Source: Planctomycetota bacterium (GTDB lineage: Bacteria > Planctomycetota > MHYJ01 > WSZJ01). From it: a stretch of 64,000 nucleotides of DNA. Both the position numbers and the translations under genes were made by a program. Each line of letters opens with the position of its first letter. The stretch's first letter is position 1. Below are positions 27,728-37,295 of the stretch, piece after piece. The notes below the pieces were generated by a model, which was not told the DNA's origin, did not search any database, and was given only the letters and a program-made list of their open reading frames with translations. Location: contig JACPRD010000169.1 of the NCBI GenBank assembly GCA_016190145.1, positions 1,445-65,444 on the forward strand. The letters run 5' to 3'.

Positions 27728-28345
27728 ATGGCCGACGACTCCCGCAAGGTCGACGCCTACATCGCCCAGGCCGCGCCGTTCGCCCGCCCGATCCTGGAAC
27801 GCATCCGAAGCGCGGTGCACCGCGGCTGCCCGGACATCGAAGAGCGGATCAAGTGGGGGGTCCCCAGCTTCGAGAAGGACGGGATGGTGTGCGGCATGGC
27901 GGCGTTCAAGGCCCACGCCACGTTCGGATTCTGGCGCGGGAAACTCCTCGACGATCCCCACGAAATCCTCCGCGCGAAAGGAACGGCGTCGTTCATGGCG
28001 GAGAAGCTGACGAAGGTTTCGCAGCTGCCGAAGGACTCGATCCTGGCGGACTACGTGAAGCGTGCGGCGGCACTGAATGAGAGACTTGCCCGCGAACCGA
28101 AGAAGCCGTCCACGCCGCGGAAGAAGCGGCCCGAGGCGAAGGTGCCCCCCGACCTGGCCGCCGCGCTCAAGCGGAACGCGGATGCGCGCGCGACATTCGA
28201 GGGTTTCCCTCCGGGCCAGCGACGCGAGTACGTCGAGTGGATCACGGAGGCGAAGCAGGAGGAGACGCGGAAGCGGCGGCTGGCGCAGGCGGTGGAGTGG
28301 ATGGCGGAGGGGAAGATCCGGAACTGGAAGTACGCGAATTGCTGA
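27728..28345 (+). CDS. DUF1801 / YdeI-OmpD-associated domain protein
   Basis: MADDSRKVDAYIAQAAPFARPILERIRSAV...WGVPSF... plus C-terminal ...GFPPGQRREYVEWITEAKQEETRKRRLAQAVEWMAEGK. SD AAAGGAG. Confidence 0.7.
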   Translation: MADDSRKVDAYIAQAAPFARPILERIRSAVHRGCPDIEERIKWGVPSFEKDGMVCGMAAFKAHATFGFWRGKLLDDPHEILRAKGTASFMAEKLTKVSQLPKDSILADYVKRAAALNERLAREPKKPSTPRKKRPEAKVPPDLAAALKRNADARATFEGFPPGQRREYVEWITEAKQEETRKRRLAQAVEWMAEGKIRNWKYANC

Positions 28346-28601
28346 GAGTCGGCCATCATCGGAGATCACCCACGGGGATTGAAATGGAGTGAGCTGGGCA
28401 CGAGGCAATGGGGGTCCGTTTTCCGACTGCGCTCGAGGGACGACTGAGGAGGAGGAGAAGGGGGAGGAGCAGGAGGAGGTCGTCCCACCGGGGCCGTTCC
28501 TCCTTCTCCTCCTCCGGCTCCTGAGCCGTTTCACAGCTGCCGGTCATGTGGGAACTAGAAGCTCTCTTGGCCCTTGAGCATTCGCGCTTCCCTCCTTCCC
28601 T

Positions 28602-30302
28602 TTAGCGGACCAGCTTCACGCGCGCGACGGGCACGTCGGTAAAGTCGCGCCTCGCTTCGACCCACTCCAGCGCGGTGCGAGCGGTCCTCTCCACCTTGCC
28701 GGTGAACAGGACGTCGCCGCCGAACGAGATCGTCACGGGCTTGTCCAGGTCCACGAGTTTATCGGAGAGCACGATCTCAGCGGGCCGGCTTCCCTCGATC
28801 CGGATGTCATTCCCTTCCACCTTGGCCGTGAAATCCGCCGCGCAATCTTTCGCGAGCGGGTCGATCCAGAACAGCCCGCCCGCCGCGCGGGCCTCATCGC
28901 GGTGCCAGCGGACGTCGCGCGACCAGAAATTCCGGGGGCGGGCGGCGAGCCAGGCGACCGACTTGGCGCACTCGTCGGGGTAGACGTCGTGCCCGCCATC
29001 CTTCTCGACCACTTCGAGCGGCCCTCCGACGGTGCGGAGCAGTTCGCTGTTCTTGCGGCCGGTTTCGAGGAAGAAGGCGTTGTCCTTCTTGCCGAGCACG
29101 TGATAGACGGGCAGGTTCCAGGCGTTTTTCAGGCGGGCGCCGTGCTCGATGCCGCAGACGAACGGGGCGATGCCCGCGAACCGGTCCGCCCAGGGCGGGC
29201 CCACCATGAACGAGGCCACGCCGCCGGCGGAGTGACCGACGAGGAAAACGCGCGACCGGTCGACGTTCCACCGGCGCGCGACGACTTCGACCGTTTCCAG
29301 CACGATCGGCGCCGGGTCGCCGACCCAGCCGGGCGAGGCGAGAATGAAGCCGTGCTTCGCGGCGGCGGAGGTGAAATAGGAGTACTCCTGCGGCGCGGTT
29401 TCGAACGCGGTCTTGTAGTCGGGCGCGGGGCCGCCGTGAAGCGCGATCACGAGGCCCGGAGGCTTGTCGCCGGGCTTGTACCCGGGCGGGAGCTGGAACC
29501 ACGCTTTCGTCTTTTCGCCGGGTTCGCCCGTGGGCACCTCGAGCACGCCGGCGTTCGTCTTGTCGGTGAGGAAGGGATTTCCGGCGGCGAGGCGTTCGAG
29601 GAGCTGCGCGGCCTGCGCTTTCGAGAGGGGGCGGTCGAGGGATCCCCGTTCCTCCAGCGCCTTGCGGACGTCGTCGCGCGCCTTTCCTTCCGCCCAGAGC
29701 CAGGTCGGCACGACGCGCACGACCTCCGCCCATTCACGCGCGAGCTGCGCGTCGCCGGCCGGGGCCTTCGCGGGCGGGTCCTTCGCGGCGGGCTTCTTCC
29801 CCGCCGCCTCCGCTTCCAGCCGCGCCTTCTCCTCGGGCGTCACCCACGCGCCGCCGTGCCGGACGCGGCCTGACGCCGCCATGAACTCGTCCTCGTTCAC
29901 CCACTTGTCGCCCAGCCTGCGGTGCCCGAGGGCTTCGTGCGCGCCGGCGTGGTCCGGATCCTTGCGCAGGGCCCCGCGCAGCGCCTGGGTTTCCTCGTCC
30001 TTCATTCCATGGAAGCGCGCCCAGACCGAGGCCATGACGAGCCCGTTCGCATCGGCGCCCTTGCAGCGGCGGTCGAATTCCGCCAGCGCGGCCGTCCGGT
30101 CCGACAGCTCGATCCACTCGACGTCGCCGCGCTCCAGACTGGTCTTGCCGCCGCCGGGGAACCCGAATTCGATCGCGTCTTCGCCCTCGGAGACGACGCG
30201 TCCCTCCAGCTTCGATCCGTTTTTGAGGTGGACCGTGTCCGCGGCGCCCGGAATCGGGGCCATGGCAAGGAATACCGCGGCGAGCAGAACTCTCGGGATC
30301 AT
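28602..30302 (-). CDS. Secreted alpha/beta hydrolase (esterase/PHB-depolymerase-like)
   Basis: ORF 28602..30386 trimmed to Met29 (MIPRVLLAAVFLAMAPIPGAA). LVIALHGGP...FLVGHSAGGVASF (GxSxG). Confidence 0.7.
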   Translation of the reverse strand: MIPRVLLAAVFLAMAPIPGAADTVHLKNGSKLEGRVVSEGEDAIEFGFPGGGKTSLERGDVEWIELSDRTAALAEFDRRCKGADANGLVMASVWARFHGMKDEETQALRGALRKDPDHAGAHEALGHRRLGDKWVNEDEFMAASGRVRHGGAWVTPEEKARLEAEAAGKKPAAKDPPAKAPAGDAQLAREWAEVVRVVPTWLWAEGKARDDVRKALEERGSLDRPLSKAQAAQLLERLAAGNPFLTDKTNAGVLEVPTGEPGEKTKAWFQLPPGYKPGDKPPGLVIALHGGPAPDYKTAFETAPQEYSYFTSAAAKHGFILASPGWVGDPAPIVLETVEVVARRWNVDRSRVFLVGHSAGGVASFMVGPPWADRFAGIAPFVCGIEHGARLKNAWNLPVYHVLGKKDNAFFLETGRKNSELLRTVGGPLEVVEKDGGHDVYPDECAKSVAWLAARPRNFWSRDVRWHRDEARAAGGLFWIDPLAKDCAADFTAKVEGNDIRIEGSRPAEIVLSDKLVDLDKPVTISFGGDVLFTGKVERTARTALEWVEARRDFTDVPVARVKLVR

Positions 30303-30411
30303 GTCCGTTGCCCATCTTACGGAAGCGGGCCCCTCCCTCTTCCTGAATTTCGGTGAACCCGGGAGGCGCCGGGACGCTGGATGCACAACGGACCGAATTG
30401 GAGGAACGGCG

Positions 30412-31986
30412 ATGAAGCGGTCTTCTGCGGCGGTGCTGGCGGCGTGCGGGGCGGCGGTGGCGATCCTGGCGGGATGTCAGGGAGCCTGGATCGGGGGCGG
30501 GACACCCAAACTGGTCTACGCGGAGCGGGAGGGGCTGACGGCGGCGCCTGCCGAGGGACGGATCGAGGAACCCCTCGACACCGAGGAATACGCCCACGTC
30601 CAGGACAACCCGTTCTTCCGGGTCAAGGACGCGCCGCTCTCCACGTTTTCAATCGACGTCGACACGGCTTCGTACGCGAACACCCGGCGGTTTCTGAACG
30701 ACGGGCAGCTTCCTCCGGTCGGCGCGGTGCGGATCGAGGAGATGGTGAACTACTTCTCGTACGACTACGCGGCGCCCTCGGACGGCCGGCCGTTTGCGGC
30801 GTCGGTGGAGGTGCACGCGGCGCCGTGGGAGCCGAAGCATCGGCTGGTGCGGATCGGGCTGCAGGGGCGCCGGGTGGAGATGAAGGCGGCGCCGCAGCAG
30901 AACCTGGTGTTCCTGGTCGACGTGTCGGGATCGATGGACGCGCCGGACAAGCTGCCGCTGGTGAAAAAATGCCTGCGGATGCTGCTGAAGGAACTGCGGC
31001 CAAAGGACCAGGTGGCGATCGTCACGTACGCGGGCAGTTCCGGACTGGCGCTGCCTTGCACGTACGTCGGCGCTTCCGAAAAGATTTCCCGCCGCATCGA
31101 CCGCCTCGAGGCCGGCGGCTCCACGAACGGCGGCGAGGGGATCGAACTGGCGTACAGGGTCGCTTCCGAGAATCACATCAAGGGCGGCGTGAACCGGGTT
31201 CTCCTCTGCACGGACGGCGACTTCAACGTAGGGGCATCGAGCGAGGACGCGCTGGTGAAGCTGATCGAGGAGAAGCGGAAGACGGGGGTGTACCTGAGCG
31301 TGCTGGGGTTCGGGACGGGGAACTATGCGGACGCGCGGATGCAGCAGCTGGCGGACAAGGGGAACGGGAACGCGGCGTACATCGACTCGGCGCGCGAGGC
31401 GAAGAAGGTGCTGGTCGAGGAGGCGGCGGGGACGCTGATCACGATCGCGAAGGACGTGAAGATCCAGGTGGAGTTCAACCCGGCGCGGGTGGCGGGGTAC
31501 CGGCTGATCGGGTACGAGAACCGGGTGATGGCGGCGCAGGACTTCAATGACGACACGAAGGACGCGGGCGAGATCGGCGCGGGGCACCAGGTGACGGCGC
31601 TGTACGAGATCATTCCGGCGGGAATGGAGGTTCCCGGCGGCACGGTGGACCCGCTCAAGTACCAGTCGCCGACGACGTCGAGCGGGCCGGACTCGGGCGA
31701 GTTGTGCACGGTGAAGATGCGGTACAAGCTGCCGGACGGCGAGACGAGCGAGCGGTTCGACGCGGTCGTGACGGATCCGGGCACCGACGCGGCGTCGACG
31801 CCGGAGTTCGACTTCGCGGCGTCGGTCGCCGCTTACGGAATGCTGCTGCGCGGATCGCCGTACAAGGGCCAGGCGAGCTGGGCGCTCGTGCTCGAGCTGG
31901 CAAAGGGCGGGCTGGCGAACGACAAGGGCGGCTACCGCGAGGAATTCGTGGAGCTGGTGGAGACGGCCAGGAATCTGGCGCAGTAG
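30412..31986 (+). CDS. von Willebrand factor type A domain lipoprotein (YfbK-like vWA + C-terminal DUF3520-like region)
   Basis: MKRSSAAVLAACGAAVAILAGC lipobox. SD GGAGGAACGG. vWA MIDAS VFLVDVSGSM...TDGDFNVG. Confidence 0.8.
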   Translation: MKRSSAAVLAACGAAVAILAGCQGAWIGGGTPKLVYAEREGLTAAPAEGRIEEPLDTEEYAHVQDNPFFRVKDAPLSTFSIDVDTASYANTRRFLNDGQLPPVGAVRIEEMVNYFSYDYAAPSDGRPFAASVEVHAAPWEPKHRLVRIGLQGRRVEMKAAPQQNLVFLVDVSGSMDAPDKLPLVKKCLRMLLKELRPKDQVAIVTYAGSSGLALPCTYVGASEKISRRIDRLEAGGSTNGGEGIELAYRVASENHIKGGVNRVLLCTDGDFNVGASSEDALVKLIEEKRKTGVYLSVLGFGTGNYADARMQQLADKGNGNAAYIDSAREAKKVLVEEAAGTLITIAKDVKIQVEFNPARVAGYRLIGYENRVMAAQDFNDDTKDAGEIGAGHQVTALYEIIPAGMEVPGGTVDPLKYQSPTTSSGPDSGELCTVKMRYKLPDGETSERFDAVVTDPGTDAASTPEFDFAASVAAYGMLLRGSPYKGQASWALVLELAKGGLANDKGGYREEFVELVETARNLAQ

Positions 31987-32094
31987 CGCCGGACCGGGCA
32001 TCAACGACGCACGCCGGGCGCTGTGGATCCGCCTGGCAGCAGGTCTTTCAAGCCACGAGGCCCGCATCTATCATGCGCCCATGGAGAGCGCGGG

Positions 32095-33558
32095 ATGAAG
32101 GGTGCAGGCCGATACGGAATACGGATCCGGATGCTGGGAATCTGGCTTCTCGCCACAAGCCCGCTTTTCGTGCTCGCCGTGGTGAACGGACGCACGGAAA
32201 GGCAACTGCTCCTTCGTGACGCGATGTCGGACATCCGACTGCTCGCCAGAATCACCGCCGAGGAGCACCGTGCTCTCGTCCGTGAAACACGCCAGATTCT
32301 GGTGGTCCTCTCCCAGACCGAAGCCGTCAGGAAGGGCGATGCGGCCGCGTGCGAACGCACATTCCGGGGGATCCTGGAAGCGGACGCACGCTACGCGAAC
32401 ATCGGGGCCCTCCGGCCCGATGGCGACCTCTTCGCGTCCGGTATCCCGCTCACCGAACCCGCCAGCGCCGCCGACCGTGCCTTCTATCGGCGCGCCCTGG
32501 AGTCAGGACGGTTTTCAGTCGGAGAATTTCACATTGGCGAGGTTTCACGCCGACCCGTCGTCGCGTTCGCTCTGCCCGTCGCTCACGACGACGGCCGCCT
32601 GTCCTGCATCCTGTACGCCGCCGTGGATCTCCAGCACCTCGGCACTCTGGCACAGCCGGGCGGACTCCCGGAGGGGAGCAGCATCACCGTCTTCGACGCC
32701 TCCGGCACGATCCTGATCCGGCACCCGGATCCCGAAATGTGGATCGGAAAGGAGATTGCCGATCAACCTTTCTATGTCGCCGCACGACGGGCCACCGATG
32801 CCGGCGTCGCCGAGGAAACTGGGCTGGACGGGGTCAGGCGGCTCTACGCATTCTCGAGCCTGATCGGCGTCTCCGACGGCGAGCAGGTCATCCTCGCACT
32901 CGGAGTTCCGCTGGAGTCCATAACCGCCGAAGCCTCCCGCGTCGAACGCAGAAACATCGTCGTGCTGCTGATCGTGACCGTGATCGGAGCCGCGGCCTCG
33001 TTTCTCGTGGGAGACCGGTGGATCGTCCGCCTCTTCGGGCACGTGTACGACCTCTCGATTCAGGACCCCCTCACGCACGCCTACAATCGACGATTCCTCT
33101 ACGACTTCGGGCGCGCCATCTGCGCCCAGGCCAAGCGCTCCGGAGAGCCAGTCTCGGCCGTCCAACTCGACATCGACCACTTCAAGAAAGTCAACGACTC
33201 CAAGGGCCATTCCGTCGGCGACGAAGTGTTGCGCGAGGTTGCCCGCCGGCTGAGAGAGACGATACGCGCCGGGGACATCGTCGCGCGAAGCGGCGGAGAA
33301 GAATTCTGCGCGCTTCTCCCGGAGACGGGAATTGAGGAAGCGGCCGGCATTGCGGAACGCCTTCGAGCGGCACTGGCCGGCGAACCGGCGCACACCTCTG
33401 GCGGCCTGGTTCAGGTCACGCTCAGCGCCGGAGTGGCGACCCTTCACCCGGGTCAGGGGAATTTCGAGACGCTGCTGAAGGAGGCAGACCTCGAACTGTA
33501 CCGGTCGAAGAACGAAGGTCGTAACCGGGTGAGCTCGCGGCGCTGGCCCGCACGGTGA
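32095..33558 (+). CDS. Sensor diguanylate cyclase (periplasmic Cache-like sensor, TM, GGDEF)
   Basis: Two TM segments flank a ~250-aa periplasmic domain. C-terminal ...RSGGEEFCALL... Start at Met25 of ORF 32023..33558. Confidence 0.8.
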   Translation: MKGAGRYGIRIRMLGIWLLATSPLFVLAVVNGRTERQLLLRDAMSDIRLLARITAEEHRALVRETRQILVVLSQTEAVRKGDAAACERTFRGILEADARYANIGALRPDGDLFASGIPLTEPASAADRAFYRRALESGRFSVGEFHIGEVSRRPVVAFALPVAHDDGRLSCILYAAVDLQHLGTLAQPGGLPEGSSITVFDASGTILIRHPDPEMWIGKEIADQPFYVAARRATDAGVAEETGLDGVRRLYAFSSLIGVSDGEQVILALGVPLESITAEASRVERRNIVVLLIVTVIGAAASFLVGDRWIVRLFGHVYDLSIQDPLTHAYNRRFLYDFGRAICAQAKRSGEPVSAVQLDIDHFKKVNDSKGHSVGDEVLREVARRLRETIRAGDIVARSGGEEFCALLPETGIEEAAGIAERLRAALAGEPAHTSGGLVQVTLSAGVATLHPGQGNFETLLKEADLELYRSKNEGRNRVSSRRWPAR

Positions 33559-33565
33559 AAGTGCC

Positions 33566-33847
33566 CTATTTCCCCGGGGACTCCCGCACGATGAGCAGCA
33601 CGTCATCGGGCCGGAGTTCCCTGGCCGGATCCGGTGGAGCCTGCACCTCGCCGGCCGAGGTCAGGATTGCCAGAACCTGTCCCCCGTGCCGGCGCCGGAA
33701 ATCGGAATCGCGAAGGGAGCGGCCCACGGCATCCGCCGGGACGTTCACGCGGTCGATGACGGCGGCGGACGGGGGCAGTCCGATGAGGAGTTGTTCGATG
33801 CGGGACTCCTGGTCGATCGCGGCGAGTCCCTCATGTTCCTGCAGCAT
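33566..33847 (-). CDS. TrkA-C (RCK_C)-like small protein, possibly a split-off C-terminal regulatory domain of the adjacent ClC
   Basis: 93 aa. Starts 4 nt after the ClC stop. ...VGRSLRDSDFRRRHGGQVLAILTSAGEVQAPPDPARELRPDDVLLIVRES resembles TrkA-C. Confidence 0.4.
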   Translation of the reverse strand: MLQEHEGLAAIDQESRIEQLLIGLPPSAAVIDRVNVPADAVGRSLRDSDFRRRHGGQVLAILTSAGEVQAPPDPARELRPDDVLLIVRESPGK

Positions 33848-33851
33848 GCGG

Positions 33852-35135
33852 TCACGGTCGCGCGCCGACGGCGAGCAGGGGTGTGGGACCGGCGGGGAGA
33901 CCGGTCAGGATGGCCTGCACGGTGTCGGCGGGTTGGACGACATGGGGCCAGGACGCCCGGAGGAAGTCCGCGACGCGGAGCGTGTCGAGTCGGCTGACGA
34001 GCGCTTCCCCCGCATGGGCGGGAGAGTTTTCGAGGCCTGCGACCTGTTCCGGGTAGACGCCCCACCGGCGTCCGACGGCATAGGCGGCGACGCTGGTGAG
34101 CATGAGGGGGACGATGAGGCCGTAGCTGCCGGTCATTTCCATGACCATCACGACCGCGGCGAGGGGGACGCGGAGGGAAGCGGAGAGCATCCCGGCCATG
34201 CCGACGGGGATCATGGCTTCGCGAAGCGATTCCGGGAACACGCCTGGCAGGGCCGCGGCGAGTGCCGCGCCGGTCGCGGCGCCGACCAGGAGCCCGGCTG
34301 CCATCGGGGCGAGCCAGGCGGGAACCCGGAGTGCGCGTGCCGTGCGGGCGACACCGCGGATGGCGAGGGAGAACACGACTCCGGCGACGGCGCAGGCCAG
34401 GCCCAGAAGAACGAACGCGGGAAGTTCCGATGGCCGGCTGAACGTGAGCGATCCGGTCCCCGAAAGCAGCCTGTGACCCATTCCTCCGATGGACACAAAG
34501 ACGGAGTAGGCGGTCACGGAAGCGATGATCGAGGGCATCAGCCCGTCCGCTTCGATGTCCGGTTCCCTGTAAAGTACGGTACAGGCGAAAAGCGCCCCCC
34601 CTAGAGGGCACTTGAAGATCGCGCCGACGCCCGCGCCGCACCCCGCGACCAGAAGGACGCGCCGCTGCCGCCTCGACATCCCGAGCGCGTCCGCAACCCC
34701 CGCCCCGATCGCCGCGCAGAGGACCGCGATGACCGCTTCCTTCCCGACCGACCCGCCCAGCGAGATGACGCCGACGGCTGCGAGAGCCTTGAACACGGCG
34801 TCGCGCAGGGCAAGACGGCCGCCGTGATTGTGGAAGGCGTCGATGAGGATGGCGGTGCCATGGGCCTTCATGGGGCGGCAGAGAAAGGTGACGACCAGTC
34901 CGGAGACGAGCCCTCCGGCTGCGGGCATGGCGAGGAGGCGCCAGTCGAAGAGAAGGAACGCGGCGTCCTGGGGCCGTGCGACGGTGCCGATGAGTCTGGG
35001 AATGCCGAACGCGAGGGAGGAGTCGAGGGCGCGGGCTGCGAGACCGGCGAGGATGCCTGTGGCGAGGCTCCAGAGAGCCATCAAGGCCAGGCGTGCGGGG
35101 GTATGGGAGAAGCGCTGTTTTTCCTCAGAGTGCAT
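33852..35135 (-). CDS. ClC-family chloride/anion channel or antiporter, non-canonical selectivity-filter motifs
   Basis: ORF 33852..36341 trimmed to Met403 (alternative Met398 at 35150). The upstream 400 aa is Arg-rich GC artefact. GKEAV in place of G(K/R)EGP. AHGTA at the GSGIP position. GGALFA, EMTGSYGLIVP. Confidence 0.7.
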   Translation of the reverse strand: MHSEEKQRFSHTPARLALMALWSLATGILAGLAARALDSSLAFGIPRLIGTVARPQDAAFLLFDWRLLAMPAAGGLVSGLVVTFLCRPMKAHGTAILIDAFHNHGGRLALRDAVFKALAAVGVISLGGSVGKEAVIAVLCAAIGAGVADALGMSRRQRRVLLVAGCGAGVGAIFKCPLGGALFACTVLYREPDIEADGLMPSIIASVTAYSVFVSIGGMGHRLLSGTGSLTFSRPSELPAFVLLGLACAVAGVVFSLAIRGVARTARALRVPAWLAPMAAGLLVGAATGAALAAALPGVFPESLREAMIPVGMAGMLSASLRVPLAAVVMVMEMTGSYGLIVPLMLTSVAAYAVGRRWGVYPEQVAGLENSPAHAGEALVSRLDTLRVADFLRASWPHVVQPADTVQAILTGLPAGPTPLLAVGARP

Positions 35136-35305
35136 CGTGGGACGGAACATCGTACAGGAGGGCGCGGCCCGCGCGAGCGAATTGCCTGCGTGGCGGCAGG
35201 GGCATCGGCTCGGAGGGGACTGAACCCGGACATTCCAGCGCGCCCGGCCCTTGGGCACCGCCCCGACTTTCCGCCGGCCGACCGGGCATCCCGGACGACG
35301 CTCCC

Positions 35306-36367
35306 TCAGGTTCTGACCAGCCCCTGGGGGCTGGCAAACACGATTTCCATTCCCGCGAAATTCCGGTGGATGGCGAGGTTGATCGCCTGCTGGATGTCCA
35401 TGTAACAGTTGTAGTCCGGTTCCGTGACGAAATACGCGACCTCGAAGACGAGCCCGAAGTCGCCGAGTTTCTGGAGGTGCGCGCGGTCGAATCGGACGCG
35501 CGGCTTGCCTTCGGCCTCCACGATTTCGCGCAGAATCGCCGGAATGGCGGCGATCTTCTCCGGCGGGGTCCGGTAGTCCACGCTGAAGCCGAAGGCCACG
35601 CGGCGTTCGGACATGCGGCGGAAGTTCCGGATCCGGCTCGCGAGCAGATCCGCGTTGGAGATGACGATCTGCTCTCCCGACAGGCTCCGGATGCGGGTGG
35701 ACTTGATCCCGATGTTCTCGATGGTCCCCTGAAGCTCGCCGACCACGACGAAGTCGCCGACCTCGAACGGCCGGTCGAGGAGGATGGAGAAGGAGGCGAA
35801 GAGGTCGCCGAGGACGCTCTGGGCGGCGAGGGCGATGGCGATGCCGCCGATGCCGAGGCCGGCCATGAGGGCCGTGACCTTGACGCCGAGGTTGTCGAGG
35901 GCCAGGACGAACACGAGGACCCAGAGCGCGATGCGCCCCACCGTCTCCGCAGCGGCGAGCGCCGTGACGGCCGTGCCGTCCTTCGCCCGGCTGTCGCGCC
36001 AGCGGTGAAGCACCGCGCCGAGGAGCGCGGTTCCCCAGATGCCGGCCTGGACGAGCGCGACGACCACGAGACAGCGGCGCAGCAGGAGGGCGCGGTCGCC
36101 GAGATCGACCACCAGGGAGCCGATCAGGAAGGCCATGGAGGCGAGAAAGAGGACGTGCGTGCGTGCGAGGACGGCGGCCACGATGGAGAACGGCCCCGCC
36201 GGCGTTCCGTCGCCGCGCGGTTTCGAACCGGACGCGATCAGACGCCGCGCGAGGAGGAAGGCGGCGAGAACCGCGAGGAACAGGGCCGAGGCCGAAATCC
36301 ACAGCCAGGCGGGATTCCCGGCGATGGGCCACTTCAGCCAATGGAGCGTGGCTTCGTCGATCGACAT
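35306..36367 (-). CDS. Mechanosensitive ion channel, MscS family
   Basis: Three N-terminal TM helices then the MscS beta domain ...FEVGDFVVVGELQGTIENIGIKSTRIRSLSGEQIVISNADL... Confidence 0.85.
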   Translation of the reverse strand: MSIDEATLHWLKWPIAGNPAWLWISASALFLAVLAAFLLARRLIASGSKPRGDGTPAGPFSIVAAVLARTHVLFLASMAFLIGSLVVDLGDRALLLRRCLVVVALVQAGIWGTALLGAVLHRWRDSRAKDGTAVTALAAAETVGRIALWVLVFVLALDNLGVKVTALMAGLGIGGIAIALAAQSVLGDLFASFSILLDRPFEVGDFVVVGELQGTIENIGIKSTRIRSLSGEQIVISNADLLASRIRNFRRMSERRVAFGFSVDYRTPPEKIAAIPAILREIVEAEGKPRVRFDRAHLQKLGDFGLVFEVAYFVTEPDYNCYMDIQQAINLAIHRNFAGMEIVFASPQGLVRT

Positions 36368-36458
36368 GGGGCCTCCCGGAAGCTGGGCGGAGCTGCAGGG
36401 CGGGCCCGATGTGGATGCAGCGGCGGCGGTAGAGTCCGCCGCAATGCCCGCCCCTTAA

Positions 36459-37295
36459 TTATACGCCGCCCGCGCCGTCCGGTTCCGGAGCCCCGAAGAT
36501 TTCCAGGATCGCCCGGTTCCATCCCTCCGGCCCCGGCGCCGCGGCCTTCACGAGATGCGTGAGACCTGCACAGAGATCCCCGTCGAACGACCCGTCCGGC
36601 TTCTGGATTGCAACGCGCACGTCGGCGGCTTCGAGAAGCGGGCGGTCCACGGCGCTGTCCCCCGCGCCGATGACGCGCAGCGGGCCGGATTTCTCCGCAA
36701 GCCAGCCGGCGAGCCGGCGCGTGGCGCGGCCCTTGTCGCAGTCCCCGTGAAGGTGCCAGAAGCGACCGCCGCGGGAAAGGCGGAGGCCGAGCCTGGCGAG
36801 CTCATCGGGAAGCGTCGGCGGCAGTTCCCCCTCGAGAGCGAACGGCTCGTCGTACGTCCGGCGGCGCGCGAGCGCAGCGATCTCCAGGGAAAGCCCGGTG
36901 CGCTTCATGATCTCGCCCTCAGGAAGGTCGCTCAGGAAAACCGCCCGCGCGCTGGTGCGCGAGCGAATCAGGTCCTTGCCCTGCCTCAGCCGCGTTCCCC
37001 GGACGGCCAGCGCGACGATCCGGTAGTCCCCGCCCGTGGCGCGCTGGGGCCGCGGATCCGGGAAATCGCGGACCGGCAGCGCGAGCCCGCCGCCGTTCTC
37101 GAAGATGCACGGTCCCTTCAGTCCCAGCTTCTCGAGCCAGTACTTCGTCTCCAACTCCGTTTTCGTCGTGCACGGGACGACCGGCACGCCGCGGCGCGCC
37201 GCCTCCTCGAGGGCCGGACGCGCCGCCTCGAACGAGTAGTTCGCGGCGTCGAGGAGCGTTCCGTCGAGGTCTGTGACGATGGCCCAGCGGGTCAT
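36459..37295 (-). CDS. HAD-IIB phosphatase, mannosyl-/glucosyl-3-phosphoglycerate phosphatase (MpgP/GpgP/MggB)-like
   Basis: MTRWAIVTDLDGTLLD (motif I)...GDSAVDRPLLEAADVRVAI (motif IV). ATG at 37295 overlaps upstream stop (ATGA). Alternative ATG at 37307. Confidence 0.75.
   Translation of the reverse strand: MTRWAIVTDLDGTLLDAANYSFEAARPALEEAARRGVPVVPCTTKTELETKYWLEKLGLKGPCIFENGGGLALPVRDFPDPRPQRATGGDYRIVALAVRGTRLRQGKDLIRSRTSARAVFLSDLPEGEIMKRTGLSLEIAALARRRTYDEPFALEGELPPTLPDELARLGLRLSRGGRFWHLHGDCDKGRATRRLAGWLAEKSGPLRVIGAGDSAVDRPLLEAADVRVAIQKPDGSFDGDLCAGLTHLVKAAAPGPEGWNRAILEIFGAPEPDGAGGV

Noticed and set aside
25913-28534. 873-aa ORF on the minus strand
   Set aside because: Antisense to the repeat lipoprotein and DUF1801 genes. 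Its open frame is produced by the 27-nt tandem repeats. No start context.
33852-36341. N-terminal 400 aa of the 829-aa ORF that contains the ClC
   Set aside because: Arg/Pro/His-rich artefact overlapping the MscS gene in another frame. The ClC domain begins at Met398/403.
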